In this document: positions 1-9,106 of the stretch, piece by piece | Position numbering within the stretch: position 1 is the first letter of the stretch | How the letters are laid out: each line of letters opens with the position of its first letter | NCBI GenBank assembly: GCA_963663805.2 | Contig: CAXXMR010000013.1 | Location: 463,896-527,895, forward strand | Source of the DNA: Sedimentisphaerales bacterium | Lineage (GTDB): Bacteria > Planctomycetota > Phycisphaerae > Sedimentisphaerales > SM23-30 | DNA: 64,000 nucleotides | Direction of reading: 5' to 3' | The notes under the pieces: generated by a model | What the model saw: only the letters and a program-made list of their open reading frames with translations | What the model was told of the DNA's origin: nothing | Databases searched by the model: none | Translations under genes and position numbers: made by a program

Positions 1-348
1 AATTTTGCGGAGAGGATCGCGGGTGCTGATTTGATTATTACGGGCGAGGGGCGAGTTGACGGTCAGACGGTTTATGGTAAGACCATTGCTGGTATTGCTG
101 CGGCGGCGGGCGAGAAGAGCGTGCCGGTTGTCGCCATGGCTGGCTGTCTGGGTGAGGGAGCGGCGGAAGTTTTGGGTATTGGGGTTGGGGCGGTAGTGCC
201 GATTTGCAGTGGGCCTATGACTTTGGCTGAGGCGATGGCAAACGCGCCGGAATTGCTTTCGGATGCGGCGGAGCGGGTGTTCCGTCTGATTTTATTGGGC
301 GGACCTAAACAGGGTGTAACAGCTGTGAAAAATGTACATATAATGTAA
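1..348 (+). CDS. glxK: Glycerate kinase, C-terminal part (5' end outside window)
   Basis: Frame open from base 1; ADLIITGEGRVDGQTVYGK motif of the GlxK/GarK family. Confidence 0.9.
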   Translation, partial: NFAERIAGADLIITGEGRVDGQTVYGKTIAGIAAAAGEKSVPVVAMAGCLGEGAAEVLGIGVGAVVPICSGPMTLAEAMANAPELLSDAAERVFRLILLGGPKQGVTAVKNVHIM

Positions 349-402
349 GACTTTTATTTTTAGGGGTTTAGGTTTTTGTAAAAGTCTTTTGATAAACTAA
401 CT

Positions 403-430
403 TTGCATTTTGGCAATCATCTGCTATACT
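403..430 (+). promoter_or_regulatory. Candidate sigma70 promoter
   Basis: TTGCAT-16 nt-TATACT with TG extended -10, upstream of the CDS at 572. Confidence 0.5.
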
Positions 431-571
431 ATTTTGCCCAGTGGTATGGACCTGCTGTTAGAGCCTAACAGGTCCGTCCAGCCCGCGGCTGACGTTGTGG
501 GGGGAGTTATTGTAGCAGAAAAATGAGTTTACGCGGCATACCTAGGCGGCAGAAAGCCGATTGCATAATAT

Positions 572-2068
572 ATGATTCGTTTCAAGATATATGACCAGGG
601 CAAAGAAGTTGCAGATATGCCGTTGAACGGCTCTTACCTTTTTGCTCAGGATGAGATACCGGTTCGGGGCCGGTTGGAATTCGCTGACGGTGAGTTGTTG
701 GGCATTCGTCATAGTGATTCGGCTATTGGGCTGGCCTCGTTATGGAATGTACCTGAATTTGGTAAGGTGTTTTTGCAGACCACACGGCTGCCGGAACGTG
801 ACAAGGCTTATAATCTGAATGTCGAGATCGCCCGGGGGCGTTTGCTGCGTCTTAATCAGAAGCGTGAAGAGTGGGGGATGGTTGACTTGCAGCTCACCGA
901 GGAGCATCATAAGCTCATTGATGGGGCGATGGATAATTTTGTGCTGGCGCTATGCAATGCCGAGAAGCCCGGTCAGGCTGCATTGTACGCAGACCGTTCG
1001 CTGAAGCTGGCGATGGACGCGGGCGAGGCGATGGCGGCGGCTCACGCGGAGATGTTTCTGGCCCGTCGGAGCAGTACCCAGGGTTTTGGTCGTCATAGTT
1101 TTGGCTGCTGTTTCAATCCTTCCCGGATAAAAGACAAAGAATATCTGAAGCTCATCAAGAGTAATTTTCATTTTGTGACTATACCGGTCAGTTGGCGTCA
1201 GATTCAGCCGGAGGAACAGCGTCAGGATTTTGAGCTTCTGGATGAGTGTGTGGAGTGGTTGTCGCATAATCGTATCGCTATCAAGGTCGGTCCTTTGATT
1301 AGTTTTTCGCCGAATATGGTGCCGGACTGGCTTTACATCTGGGAAAACGATTTTGAGCAGCTTCGCGAGATGGCTTATGAATATGTCACCAGTGTGGTTG
1401 AGCGTTATGGTAATAAGGTTCAGGCCTGGGATGTTGTCAGTGGTTTGAACGCTGACAATTGTTTTCGCTTCAGTTTTGACCAGATAATAGAGATGACTCG
1501 TTCGGCGTGTCTGGCAGCGAAGCGGGCGTTTCAGCGTTGTTTGGTACTGGTAGAGTTGACAGAGCCTTGGGGTGAATATTACGCGGTTAATCAGCGTACG
1601 GTTCCGCCCATGATTTATGCCGATATGGTAGTGCAGAGCGGGGTTAATTTTGATGGCTACGGTTTGAAAATTCGTTTCGGCCGGGGCGGGGCGGGCATGT
1701 GGAGCCGTGATTTGCTGGAACTTTCGGGGCTTTTGGACCGGTTTGCGGCATTTGGCAAGCAGGTTCATCTCTCTGGGGTTCAGGTTCCCAGCAGGCCGGA
1801 CCCGCGTGACAATGTGGGCAAGATTGGTGACCCGGGCTTCTGGCATGAGCCCTGGAGTGAGGAGATTCAAGCCCGCTGGCTGGATAGTGTTTATCGTATC
1901 GCGCTGAGCAAGCCTTATGTTGAAACTGTTACGTGGCAGGATTTTGCGGACTGCGAGGACGGCATTCTTATGTCGGGCGGTCTGGTGAATAGTGACCTTA
2001 CGCCTAAAGCGGTTTATGAGACTTTTGGCGGTTTGAAGAAAAATCTTGTCAAGCCGACGAAAAAGTGA
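572..2068 (+). CDS. GH10-like TIM-barrel protein lacking the catalytic Glu residues
   Basis: W..IQPE, RYGNKVQAWDVV, VTWQD, GLV..DLTPK GH10-like motifs; WDVVSG replaces WDVVNE; no signal peptide. Confidence 0.75.
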   Translation: MIRFKIYDQGKEVADMPLNGSYLFAQDEIPVRGRLEFADGELLGIRHSDSAIGLASLWNVPEFGKVFLQTTRLPERDKAYNLNVEIARGRLLRLNQKREEWGMVDLQLTEEHHKLIDGAMDNFVLALCNAEKPGQAALYADRSLKLAMDAGEAMAAAHAEMFLARRSSTQGFGRHSFGCCFNPSRIKDKEYLKLIKSNFHFVTIPVSWRQIQPEEQRQDFELLDECVEWLSHNRIAIKVGPLISFSPNMVPDWLYIWENDFEQLREMAYEYVTSVVERYGNKVQAWDVVSGLNADNCFRFSFDQIIEMTRSACLAAKRAFQRCLVLVELTEPWGEYYAVNQRTVPPMIYADMVVQSGVNFDGYGLKIRFGRGGAGMWSRDLLELSGLLDRFAAFGKQVHLSGVQVPSRPDPRDNVGKIGDPGFWHEPWSEEIQARWLDSVYRIALSKPYVETVTWQDFADCEDGILMSGGLVNSDLTPKAVYETFGGLKKNLVKPTKK

Positions 2069-2076
2069 GGGTTAAA

Positions 2077-3021
2077 ATGAATACCAGAATAATCCTGAAC
2101 CTGATTTTAGTGATGTTATTTCTGTTTGCGGGCTGTAATAGTTCGAAGGTGATTTATACGCAGGATGAGGAGGCCATTTACGCCAAACCTACTATCGCGG
2201 TGTCACGCTTTGATGTTCGGGCGGTGACAAATACGCGGTGGAATATTGGTGATGGGATAGCTGATTTGGTTGCTGACCGGCTGGTGGATACACGTCGTTT
2301 TATGGTTTTGGAGCGTGATGAGCTGGAGGCGATGCTCGCTGATATGGCCCGCAGCAGTAAATTGCGTTCGGGACAGGGGGGAACCGCTGGGCGATTGAAA
2401 AATGTACGCTTTTTGATTAAGGGGGATATTACTGATTTTGGCCAGATGCAGGATGAGGGGTGGTTTAGTTCAAAAAGCTATACAGTGGTGGCGGCGAAAA
2501 TTGAGGTCGTGGATGTGCAGACAGGGCGGACGATTGCCTCAAGGGATGTGGTCGCCAGAGTCAAGAACAAGAAAGATTCTGAGCAGGCCGTAGCAATCGA
2601 AACAGCTGCTTTTGGGAGTTTGAGTTTTTATCAGACTTCAATCGGTCAGGCGACTTCGCAGATGGCTGATAAGGCAGTTGAAGCAATTGTGGAATCTATT
2701 GATGATGAACCGTTTCAGCCGAAAATCGCTTCGGTGGTGGACGGCAGTATCGTAATAAACGCGGGGAAGGACCACCTGATACAAAAAAATGCGGTTTACA
2801 TCGTTAGGCCTGAGCCTGAGCCGGTGCGTGACCCCGACAGCGGCGATATTCTGAGTTATGTCGCCGGCAGTAAGATTGGTATCATCCGGGTGACGCAGGT
2901 TATGGAGCGTATCTCTCTGGCAAAGGTCGTCGATGGTTCGGGTTTTCAGGCGGGCCAGACGCTGTTTCTGGACAGCGGCGGTGAGGCCGGACAAGTGGCA
3001 CCGGTGGTGCAGAGTCATTAA
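2077..3021 (+). CDS. CsgG/HfaB-family lipoprotein with FlgT-C-like C-terminal domain
   Basis: Lipobox FAGC; PTIAV..F, L..TRRFMVLER, LIKGDITDF, VVDVQTG; C-terminal INAGK..DPDSG. Confidence 0.75.
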   Translation: MNTRIILNLILVMLFLFAGCNSSKVIYTQDEEAIYAKPTIAVSRFDVRAVTNTRWNIGDGIADLVADRLVDTRRFMVLERDELEAMLADMARSSKLRSGQGGTAGRLKNVRFLIKGDITDFGQMQDEGWFSSKSYTVVAAKIEVVDVQTGRTIASRDVVARVKNKKDSEQAVAIETAAFGSLSFYQTSIGQATSQMADKAVEAIVESIDDEPFQPKIASVVDGSIVINAGKDHLIQKNAVYIVRPEPEPVRDPDSGDILSYVAGSKIGIIRVTQVMERISLAKVVDGSGFQAGQTLFLDSGGEAGQVAPVVQSH

Positions 3022-3080
3022 TCTCTTACAAATGACAAAAACAACCACAAGCCCCCTAGGGGCGAAAGAAAATGTTTTAC

Positions 3081-3680
3081 CATTAAATCCAAGCTAATCC
3101 ACCGGCTCTGCCGGTGAGAATTTATAAGGCTCTGCCGTTAAGTGCGTTACAATGGTCCTCCTTGAGGAAGGCTCCTGGGGTCAAGGAGGACACTATGAAA
3201 GACTGGCAGAGTCAGGCCCATGTAAAATGGGACTGTAAGTATCATGTTGTTATTGTACCCAAATATCGTCGCAAAGCAATATTTGGTAAGTTGCGAAAGG
3301 AAATAGGTGCGATATTGCGAGAATTGTGCCGCCAATATGGGATAGAGCTTATAGAAGGTAACGCCATGGCAGACCATATTCATATGCTCCTGAGCGTTCC
3401 GCCCAAGTACAGCATCGCTATGACCATCGGTTATCTCAAAGGTAAAAGTGCCATCCGGATTTCTCGTGATCTGATGCGTACCAAAGGCACTCTCTTTGGC
3501 CGCAGTTTTTGGTCTCGCGGTTATTGTGTAAGTACCGTTGGTCTTGATGAAGCCCATATTCGTAAGTACATTCAAGATCAGGACAAGCATGAGCAAAATA
3601 TTGAAAAAGGATTAGACTAACTGTAATGGCCCCTTTTAGGGGCCTTCCTCATACCACCGGCTCTGCCGGTGGTCATTGAT
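3081..3680 (+). mobile_element. IS200/IS605-family element (tnpA only); ends approximate
   Basis: Same hairpin CCACCGGCTCTGCCGGTG at 3099-3116 and 3654-3671 flanking a Y1 transposase. Confidence 0.85.
3195..3620 (+). CDS. tnpA: IS200/IS605 Y1 transposase TnpA
   Basis: CKYHVVIVPKYRR, HUH motif DHIHM, LKGKS, FWSRGY, KYIQDQ; SD AAGGAGG before ATG 3195. Confidence 0.95.
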   Translation: MKDWQSQAHVKWDCKYHVVIVPKYRRKAIFGKLRKEIGAILRELCRQYGIELIEGNAMADHIHMLLSVPPKYSIAMTIGYLKGKSAIRISRDLMRTKGTLFGRSFWSRGYCVSTVGLDEAHIRKYIQDQDKHEQNIEKGLD

Positions 3681-3783
3681 TCTCTTATCTCTTATGACTT
3701 ATCTCTTAATTAAAAATCCGCGTAATCCGCGGTTAAATATTTCCGTTGCGTTGTTTTAATTTTTGAGTCTAGAATTTGTTTAG
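3681..3783. repeat. TCTCTTA heptamer tandem followed by a partial copy of the composite repeat
   Basis: TCTCTTA TCTCTTA TGACTTA TCTCTTA (3681-3708); 3711-3783 resembles 3857-3942. Confidence 0.7.
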
Positions 3784-3970
3784 TCTCTTACAAATGAAAT
3801 TTTACGCAAAATGGCAACCATTTACCAGAGCCGCGTACGTAAGTAAGCGGTGCCGTTAAAAATCCGCGTAATCCGTGTAATCCGTGGCTAAATATTGTCG
3901 TTGTTTGTGTTGTTTTGAATTTTGAGTTTAAAATTTGTTTAGGACTTAGAATTTCCAGTTTATCTGGCTT
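3780..3970 (+). repeat. Composite non-coding repeat, copy A (~190 bp)
   Basis: Aligns by eye at high identity, same orientation, to 61854-62038. Confidence 0.9.
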
Positions 3971-4252
3971 GGGATTTTCTAAAAAAAACCATTTTGTGTA
4001 TATATTGACGGAACTGCTAAAAGTCCAAATCAAGCTTAAAAAAGCACTCTCACGCTCAATTTTTGAAGGAGCGATAAACTTTTGACGCTGGCGACTTAAT
4101 TGATTATCTCCAAAGAACTTGTGTTGGTATTTCGGGTAGTTTTTTTTGCTAAAAACTGTGAAAACTCGAAGTCTAAACTTGATTTTTCACTTTTTTTGTA
4201 CGATAATGGTATAGAATATTGAGTTTTAGTTTTTGTCTGGGAATGAGCATAA

Positions 4253-5401
4253 ATGGCCAAAATGATTGCCCGAAAAAAAGATTTGTCCCAAATACGGAAA
4301 CTGGTGAAGAATTTTCCAGTTACCGCGATATTGGGTGCCCGGCAGTGTGGCAAGACTACTATTGCCCGTGAGATTTCGGCGGCGTATTATTTTGATTTGG
4401 AGAACCCTCGTGATTTAGCTCGTTTTGAGAATCCTCAGTTGGCGCTGGAAGATTTACGGGGTTTGGTGGTTATTGATGAGATTCAGCGGAAGCCGGAGTT
4501 GTTTCCTTTGCTGCGTTATCTGGTTGATGCTGATGAGTCCCACAAATATTTAATTTTGGGCAGTGCCTCACGCGACCTTATTCGACAGAGCAGTGAAACT
4601 CTGGCGGGAAGGATTGCTTATCATTATTTATCGGGTCTTGGTCTGAATGATGTTGCCGTGAAGAATCTGAAAAAGCTTTGGCTTCGCGGTGGTTATCCGC
4701 GGTCCTTTACCTCGGCGAGCGTCGGGGACGCGATGTTTTGGCTGGAGCAGTATATACAGACTTTTCTGGAGCGGGATTTGCCGCTGCTGGGTATTCGTAT
4801 CGAGGCGGCGGCTTTGAGACGGTTCTGGACCATGCTTAGTCATTATCATGGCCAACTTATCAATTATACCGAACTGGCCGGTTCATTTGGCGTATCTGAT
4901 GCAACGATACGTCGTTATATAGATATTCTGGCCGGGACTTTTATGGTGCGGGTTATGCAGCCGTGGCATGTAAATGTGGGTAAACGTCTGGTTAAGCGTC
5001 CCCGAATTTATGTTCGAGACAGCGGGGTGTTTCATGCTTTGCAGTCCATACCTTCTCCTGAGATTCTCGAGTCTCATCCTAAACTGGGGGCTTCGTGGGA
5101 GGGGTTCGCTCTGGAGGAGGTTGTGAAAACTCTGGGCAAGAGAGATGAGCAGTTGTTTTTCTGGCGTACTCATGCCGGTGCGGAGGTTGACCTTTTCTGG
5201 CAGCATGAAGGAAAAAACTGGGCGGTAGAATTCAAATATTCTGACGCTCCCAATTTGACTAAAAATATGCAGACCGCCGTAAAAGATTTGTCATTGGCTC
5301 ATCTATGGGTAGTCTATCCAGGTCGTCAGAGTTATAGGCTGGCTGATAATATAACTGCCAGGGCGGCGTCAGATATTTCCCAGGGATGGGAATATCGCTG
5401 A
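4253..5401 (+). CDS. AAA_14 ATPase with DUF4143 C-terminal domain
   Basis: Walker A GARQCGKTT, Walker B VVIDEIQ, LGSAS, ETLAGR, GGYP, C-terminal EVD..AVEFK. Confidence 0.9.
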   Translation: MAKMIARKKDLSQIRKLVKNFPVTAILGARQCGKTTIAREISAAYYFDLENPRDLARFENPQLALEDLRGLVVIDEIQRKPELFPLLRYLVDADESHKYLILGSASRDLIRQSSETLAGRIAYHYLSGLGLNDVAVKNLKKLWLRGGYPRSFTSASVGDAMFWLEQYIQTFLERDLPLLGIRIEAAALRRFWTMLSHYHGQLINYTELAGSFGVSDATIRRYIDILAGTFMVRVMQPWHVNVGKRLVKRPRIYVRDSGVFHALQSIPSPEILESHPKLGASWEGFALEEVVKTLGKRDEQLFFWRTHAGAEVDLFWQHEGKNWAVEFKYSDAPNLTKNMQTAVKDLSLAHLWVVYPGRQSYRLADNITARAASDISQGWEYR

Positions 5402-6211
5402 TTGTTCGGCTGTTCCTACCGCTTTGAAGAATGTGTAGCAGAACGTGCCGCCGCCGTCGGCGGTGCGGTAGAGGTCGGCGACGCCGCGAGCCCAGTCTGC
5501 TTCGCTCATTAGATTGTGGGTTCGTACCTGTTCGCCTACACCCTCGACCATGGCTGAGAAGGTGTTGCGGGAGAATCCTTCGACCCATTTGGGTTTACTG
5601 TCATCGACATAGACCATGCGGGGGGACACCCGGACGTTTTTCAGGCCCGCGGCGGTCAGCAGGGGGTAGAGTTCACGACCGATGAGTGAGTTGCCGCCGG
5701 CCTGGGCTTGCAGGTCGATAAGACATTGTACTGCCCGCATAGCACAGTCGCTATGGGGATGAAAAAAGGTTGAGCCGTGGTCGCCTTCGATGGCGGTTAG
5801 AGTGCCGCCGGGTTTTAGGAACTGGGTGAGAATTTTCAATGCTTCGTCTGGGTTGGGCAGATGTTCCAGAACGAAACACAGAAAAATATGGTCAAATGAT
5901 TGAGGCTCAAAACGTAAATTGAAAATGTCAGCTTGCTCAAATTTAACGTTGTTGAAACCGGCAGTTTCGATTTTTTCTTTGGCGATTGCCAGTGAGGTTT
6001 CGGAGATGTCAATAGAAGTTATTTCAGCCTGGGGGTTGTTTTGGGAGAGGGTGACGGTCTGGGCGCCTATGCCGCAGCCGGCTTCCAGGACGCGGCTGTG
6101 GGGTGGGTAGATGGTATCGTGGTGTAGTAGTTCGACAAGGGTTTCGGCCTGGTCTTTGAGGCGTTTTGACTCACGCGGGGAATAGCCGTGTACGTATTTG
6201 TGATTTGACAT
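5369..6211 (-). CDS. Class I SAM-dependent methyltransferase
   Basis: VLEAGCGIG, SIDIS, QADI, FDHIF, LKPGG. Confidence 0.9.
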   Translation of the reverse strand: MSNHKYVHGYSPRESKRLKDQAETLVELLHHDTIYPPHSRVLEAGCGIGAQTVTLSQNNPQAEITSIDISETSLAIAKEKIETAGFNNVKFEQADIFNLRFEPQSFDHIFLCFVLEHLPNPDEALKILTQFLKPGGTLTAIEGDHGSTFFHPHSDCAMRAVQCLIDLQAQAGGNSLIGRELYPLLTAAGLKNVRVSPRMVYVDDSKPKWVEGFSRNTFSAMVEGVGEQVRTHNLMSEADWARGVADLYRTADGGGTFCYTFFKAVGTAEQSAIFPSLGNI

Positions 6212-6230
6212 ATTATTTCCGAGTCAGAAA

Positions 6231-6935
6231 TTATTTTTCGGTATTTTCGACCTTGCGTTCGTGGGCGGGCGGTTTGCTGAAAAGTGTTGGTTCGGGGATG
6301 TCTACTTTCATGCCCAAAACGCCGAGTCTGCGGGCCAGGCCCGGAAAGAGGGGGTCGGCTTTGAAGGCTCGGACGAGGGAGTCTTTGCCTTTTTGGTCAT
6401 TGTTCTTAGAAAAGAAATAATCCGCCAAAGCTACGAGGCAGGATGCGTCCTGGGGGTTTTTGAGGGCGCCTTCTTCAAGGACCAGGACGCCGGGCTCTTC
6501 CATATTGGCATCGAGGAAGCTCTGGCCGATATTAAGGTAGTCGGTTTCTTCCGGGCGGCGGTGCTTGATGAACAGGGCGGCAGCTTCGGCGGCTTCAGCT
6601 TTGCGGCCCAGTTTGTTAAGGCCGAGGATATAAGCCTGCTGAGCGTCTGCTGAGGCGGGATTGAACTTTACAGCGAGGCTGTATTCGTAGACGGCTTCTT
6701 TCAGGTCCGCTTTGATTTCGTAGCAGCGCCCCATCCAGTAATGTCCGTCGCTGTAGGAAAAGTCGTATTCGATGACGCGGGTAAGGTAATTTTCGGCGGA
6801 GGCGTAATCGCCGTTGTTAAAGGCGATTTTGGCCCGGCGGACGTTATTTTGAGCGTCAATTGGCTTCAGTGAGCATCCGCTCAGGGCAAGTAAAGAGGCT
6901 GTGATAAAGGCTGATATTATCCAGAGTTTTTTCAT
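6231..6935 (-). CDS. TPR-repeat lipoprotein
   Basis: Lipobox LSGC; TPR-like helix pairs ending FNP, KNP, ADP. Confidence 0.8.
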   Translation of the reverse strand: MKKLWIISAFITASLLALSGCSLKPIDAQNNVRRAKIAFNNGDYASAENYLTRVIEYDFSYSDGHYWMGRCYEIKADLKEAVYEYSLAVKFNPASADAQQAYILGLNKLGRKAEAAEAAALFIKHRRPEETDYLNIGQSFLDANMEEPGVLVLEEGALKNPQDASCLVALADYFFSKNNDQKGKDSLVRAFKADPLFPGLARRLGVLGMKVDIPEPTLFSKPPAHERKVENTEK

Positions 6936-6993
6936 GGTCGCTCTCCGCGTATGATTTCAATAATAGGTTGTTGAGTAAAAATTGTTTTTGGTT

Positions 6994-7158
6994 TCAATCG
7001 TTTCTGGGCTTGAATCGTTCCTTGGTTGTCAGGCAGGCTGGGCAGCGCCAGTCGTCCGGCAAATCTTCAAAGGCCGTGCCGGGCGGGATTTTGCCTTCCG
7101 GGTCGCCTTTGGCCGGGTCGTAAGTATAACCGCAATACATGCAACGATATTTTTTCAT
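6994..7158 (-). CDS. Rubredoxin (54 aa, absent from ORF track)
   Basis: Manual translation [54 protein letters not shown]; two CxxC knuckles. Confidence 0.95.
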   Translation of the reverse strand: MKKYRCMYCGYTYDPAKGDPEGKIPPGTAFEDLPDDWRCPACLTTKERFKPRND

Positions 7159-7180
7159 GGCAATGCTCCGAAATTAATCG

Positions 7181-7672
7181 TTATTCTGCACCAAGTGCCT
7201 TGATGCCTTCCTGCAATTCTTTTATGTGGCTGACTTCTTCCTGCATTAGTTTATCGACCTGTTCGCGATGTTCTTCTTCGACCGAGCTTTTCAGGGCGGC
7301 GAAAAACGCGAGGGTGTCTTTCTCAAATCCAATGGCCAGCCGTAACATGCTGACCGGGGTCTGCACCGACGCTACCAGGGCCGAGACATCTTTCTGGAGA
7401 TTGAAGACGTGGTTGTCAGCCATGGACTGGATATAGGCTTCGGCAACGCCGTCGGGATCCTGCAGGGCGAGTTCTTCATTGCCGCAATGTTCGGCCCGCC
7501 AGCCGGCGAAGATGTTTTCATGTACCTTTTCTTTTTCTGCCAGGTCGAGCATGATTTTCTTGACGTTTTTGTCTTTGCTGACCTGGGCGGCTTCGCTATA
7601 GAACTTTACTCCGTTACGTTCAATCGCTTCAGCCATGCGGTAAACTTCTGAAATACTGAACTTATCTGCCAT
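7181..7672 (-). CDS. Ferritin-like/rubrerythrin diiron protein
   Basis: AIERNG..FY, EKEKVH, GFEKD..FF, EEVSH; SD AAGGAG. Confidence 0.85.
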   Translation of the reverse strand: MADKFSISEVYRMAEAIERNGVKFYSEAAQVSKDKNVKKIMLDLAEKEKVHENIFAGWRAEHCGNEELALQDPDGVAEAYIQSMADNHVFNLQKDVSALVASVQTPVSMLRLAIGFEKDTLAFFAALKSSVEEEHREQVDKLMQEEVSHIKELQEGIKALGAE

Positions 7673-7910
7673 CACGTTGTCTCCTTATCAAACGTGTCCC
7701 GAATGTCGGTGTCGATTGTTATATTTTCCGTAAACTCTCACCAAAAAACACGATTTTTGCCCCAAAAACGTGAATTTTTTTAAAATTTCTCAAAAAAAAA
7801 CGCGAAAATTTCCGCAAATTTCCGTTCATCACGGCAATTTTGCGCTGAAAAATAAGGCTTTTTCCGCGTGAACACTCACTATTTTCCCTTGATTTGGTCT
7901 TCCGGTCAAG

Positions 7911-8627
7911 CTAAATGGCATATTCAACAGGGTCTTTTAGGTGTGCTTCGTCAAAACCTTTCAGCCTGAGCAGACAGGAATCGCATTTCCCGCAGGCCAG
8001 GCCCTTTTCGTCGGGGTCGTAGCAACTGTGGGTGAGTGAATAATCCAGGCCCAGCTCTTTGCCGACACCGATGATTTGGCCTTTGGTCATACCAATTAGA
8101 GGGGCGTGAACCTGGAACCTGCCCTTGCCTTCAGCGGCGGCTTTGGTAGCGAGGTTGGCCAGCCTCTCGAAGGCTCCTATAAACTCTTGTCGGCAATCGG
8201 GATAGCCGCTGTAGTCAACGGCATTGGCCCCGATGAAAATATCGAAGGCTCCGAGTACTTCAGCCCAGGCCAGGGCTAAGGAGAGCAGGATGGTGTTGCG
8301 GGCGGGGACATAAGTGACCGGAATCGAGCTGGCACCAACGGCTTTGCCGTCGGCGGGTTTGGGTACTTCGAGTTCGTCGGTGAGGGCTGAGCCGCCAAAC
8401 GCCCGCAAATCCAGGTTGATAATTTTGTGTTCGGGCAACTTTAGGGCCTGAGCGACACGTTGGGCGGAGGCCAGTTCTATGCTGTGTCTTTGTCCGTAAC
8501 TAACTGTCAAAGCATGACATATGAAATCGTTAGCCTGGGCCAGACCCGCTACCGTGTAGGAGTCGAGGCCGCCGGAGAGCAGTATAACCGCTTTGATTTT
8601 GTCGGTTTTTGATGAGTCACTTGTCAT
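7911..8627 (-). CDS. queC: 7-cyano-7-deazaguanine synthase
   Basis: [38 protein letters not shown]. Confidence 0.97.
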   Translation of the reverse strand: MTSDSSKTDKIKAVILLSGGLDSYTVAGLAQANDFICHALTVSYGQRHSIELASAQRVAQALKLPEHKIINLDLRAFGGSALTDELEVPKPADGKAVGASSIPVTYVPARNTILLSLALAWAEVLGAFDIFIGANAVDYSGYPDCRQEFIGAFERLANLATKAAAEGKGRFQVHAPLIGMTKGQIIGVGKELGLDYSLTHSCYDPDEKGLACGKCDSCLLRLKGFDEAHLKDPVEYAI

Positions 8628-8736
8628 TTTCAGATTCTTTCGCTAAAATGCCGCTTTGGATATGGAAAACCGGGGATGGCTGTTCCCGATGGCCCAATAT
8701 CATAGTTGTAACGCCTTGACGGAGTTTTATCAAGTT

Positions 8737-9090
8737 ATGAGCGAGCCGATTAACCTGGAAACCTTCCCTAACCCTCGAATGGGAAGGGATTATGAAATAG
8801 AGATTAATTGCCCAGAATTCACCAGCGTTTGTCCGATTACAGGTCATCCGGATTTTGGGAATATCAACGTTAAGTATTGTCCCGACAGACTTTGTCTGGA
8901 ATTGAAGGCTCTGAAATATTACCTTCAGTCGTATCGCAATCGGGGGATTTTCTATGAGGAAGCGACCAATCAGATTCTAGATGATTTGTCCGCGGCATGT
9001 TCACCTAAGACTATGACTATTACCAGCAGTTTCACCGCCCGAGGCGGGATTACGACTAACGTTACGGTTAAGTATCAATGCTCTAGATGA
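8737..9090 (+). CDS. queF: preQ0 reductase, type I QueF
   Basis: LETFPNP, PEFTSVCPITGHPDF, ELKALKYYL, ARGGI. Confidence 0.95.
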   Translation: MSEPINLETFPNPRMGRDYEIEINCPEFTSVCPITGHPDFGNINVKYCPDRLCLELKALKYYLQSYRNRGIFYEEATNQILDDLSAACSPKTMTITSSFTARGGITTNVTVKYQCSR

Positions 9091-9106
9091 GTTTATCTGG
9101 AGTACT

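Noticed and set aside
950..1870. Long antisense ORFs (also 9470-10264, 50251-51120, 28345-28989 and others)
   Set aside because: Shadows of well-supported genes on the opposite strand, with no motifs
2077..3021. Curli biogenesis system
   Set aside because: No csgA/B/E/F; CsgG-like domains are widespread outside curli loci
3621..3680. tnpB/omegaRNA in the IS200 element
   Set aside because: Only ~35 bp separate the tnpA stop from the right hairpin
3681..3970. CRISPR array or integron attC sites
   Set aside because: No constant repeat with unique spacers, no cas or integrase gene, no clear attC boxes
3788..4033. 81-aa ORF over the repeat
   Set aside because: Translation of repeat DNA, weak start, and copy B differs by indels
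7740..7870. A/T tracts as a replication origin
   Set aside because: No DnaA-box cluster or origin-linked genes; looks like an ordinary promoter region
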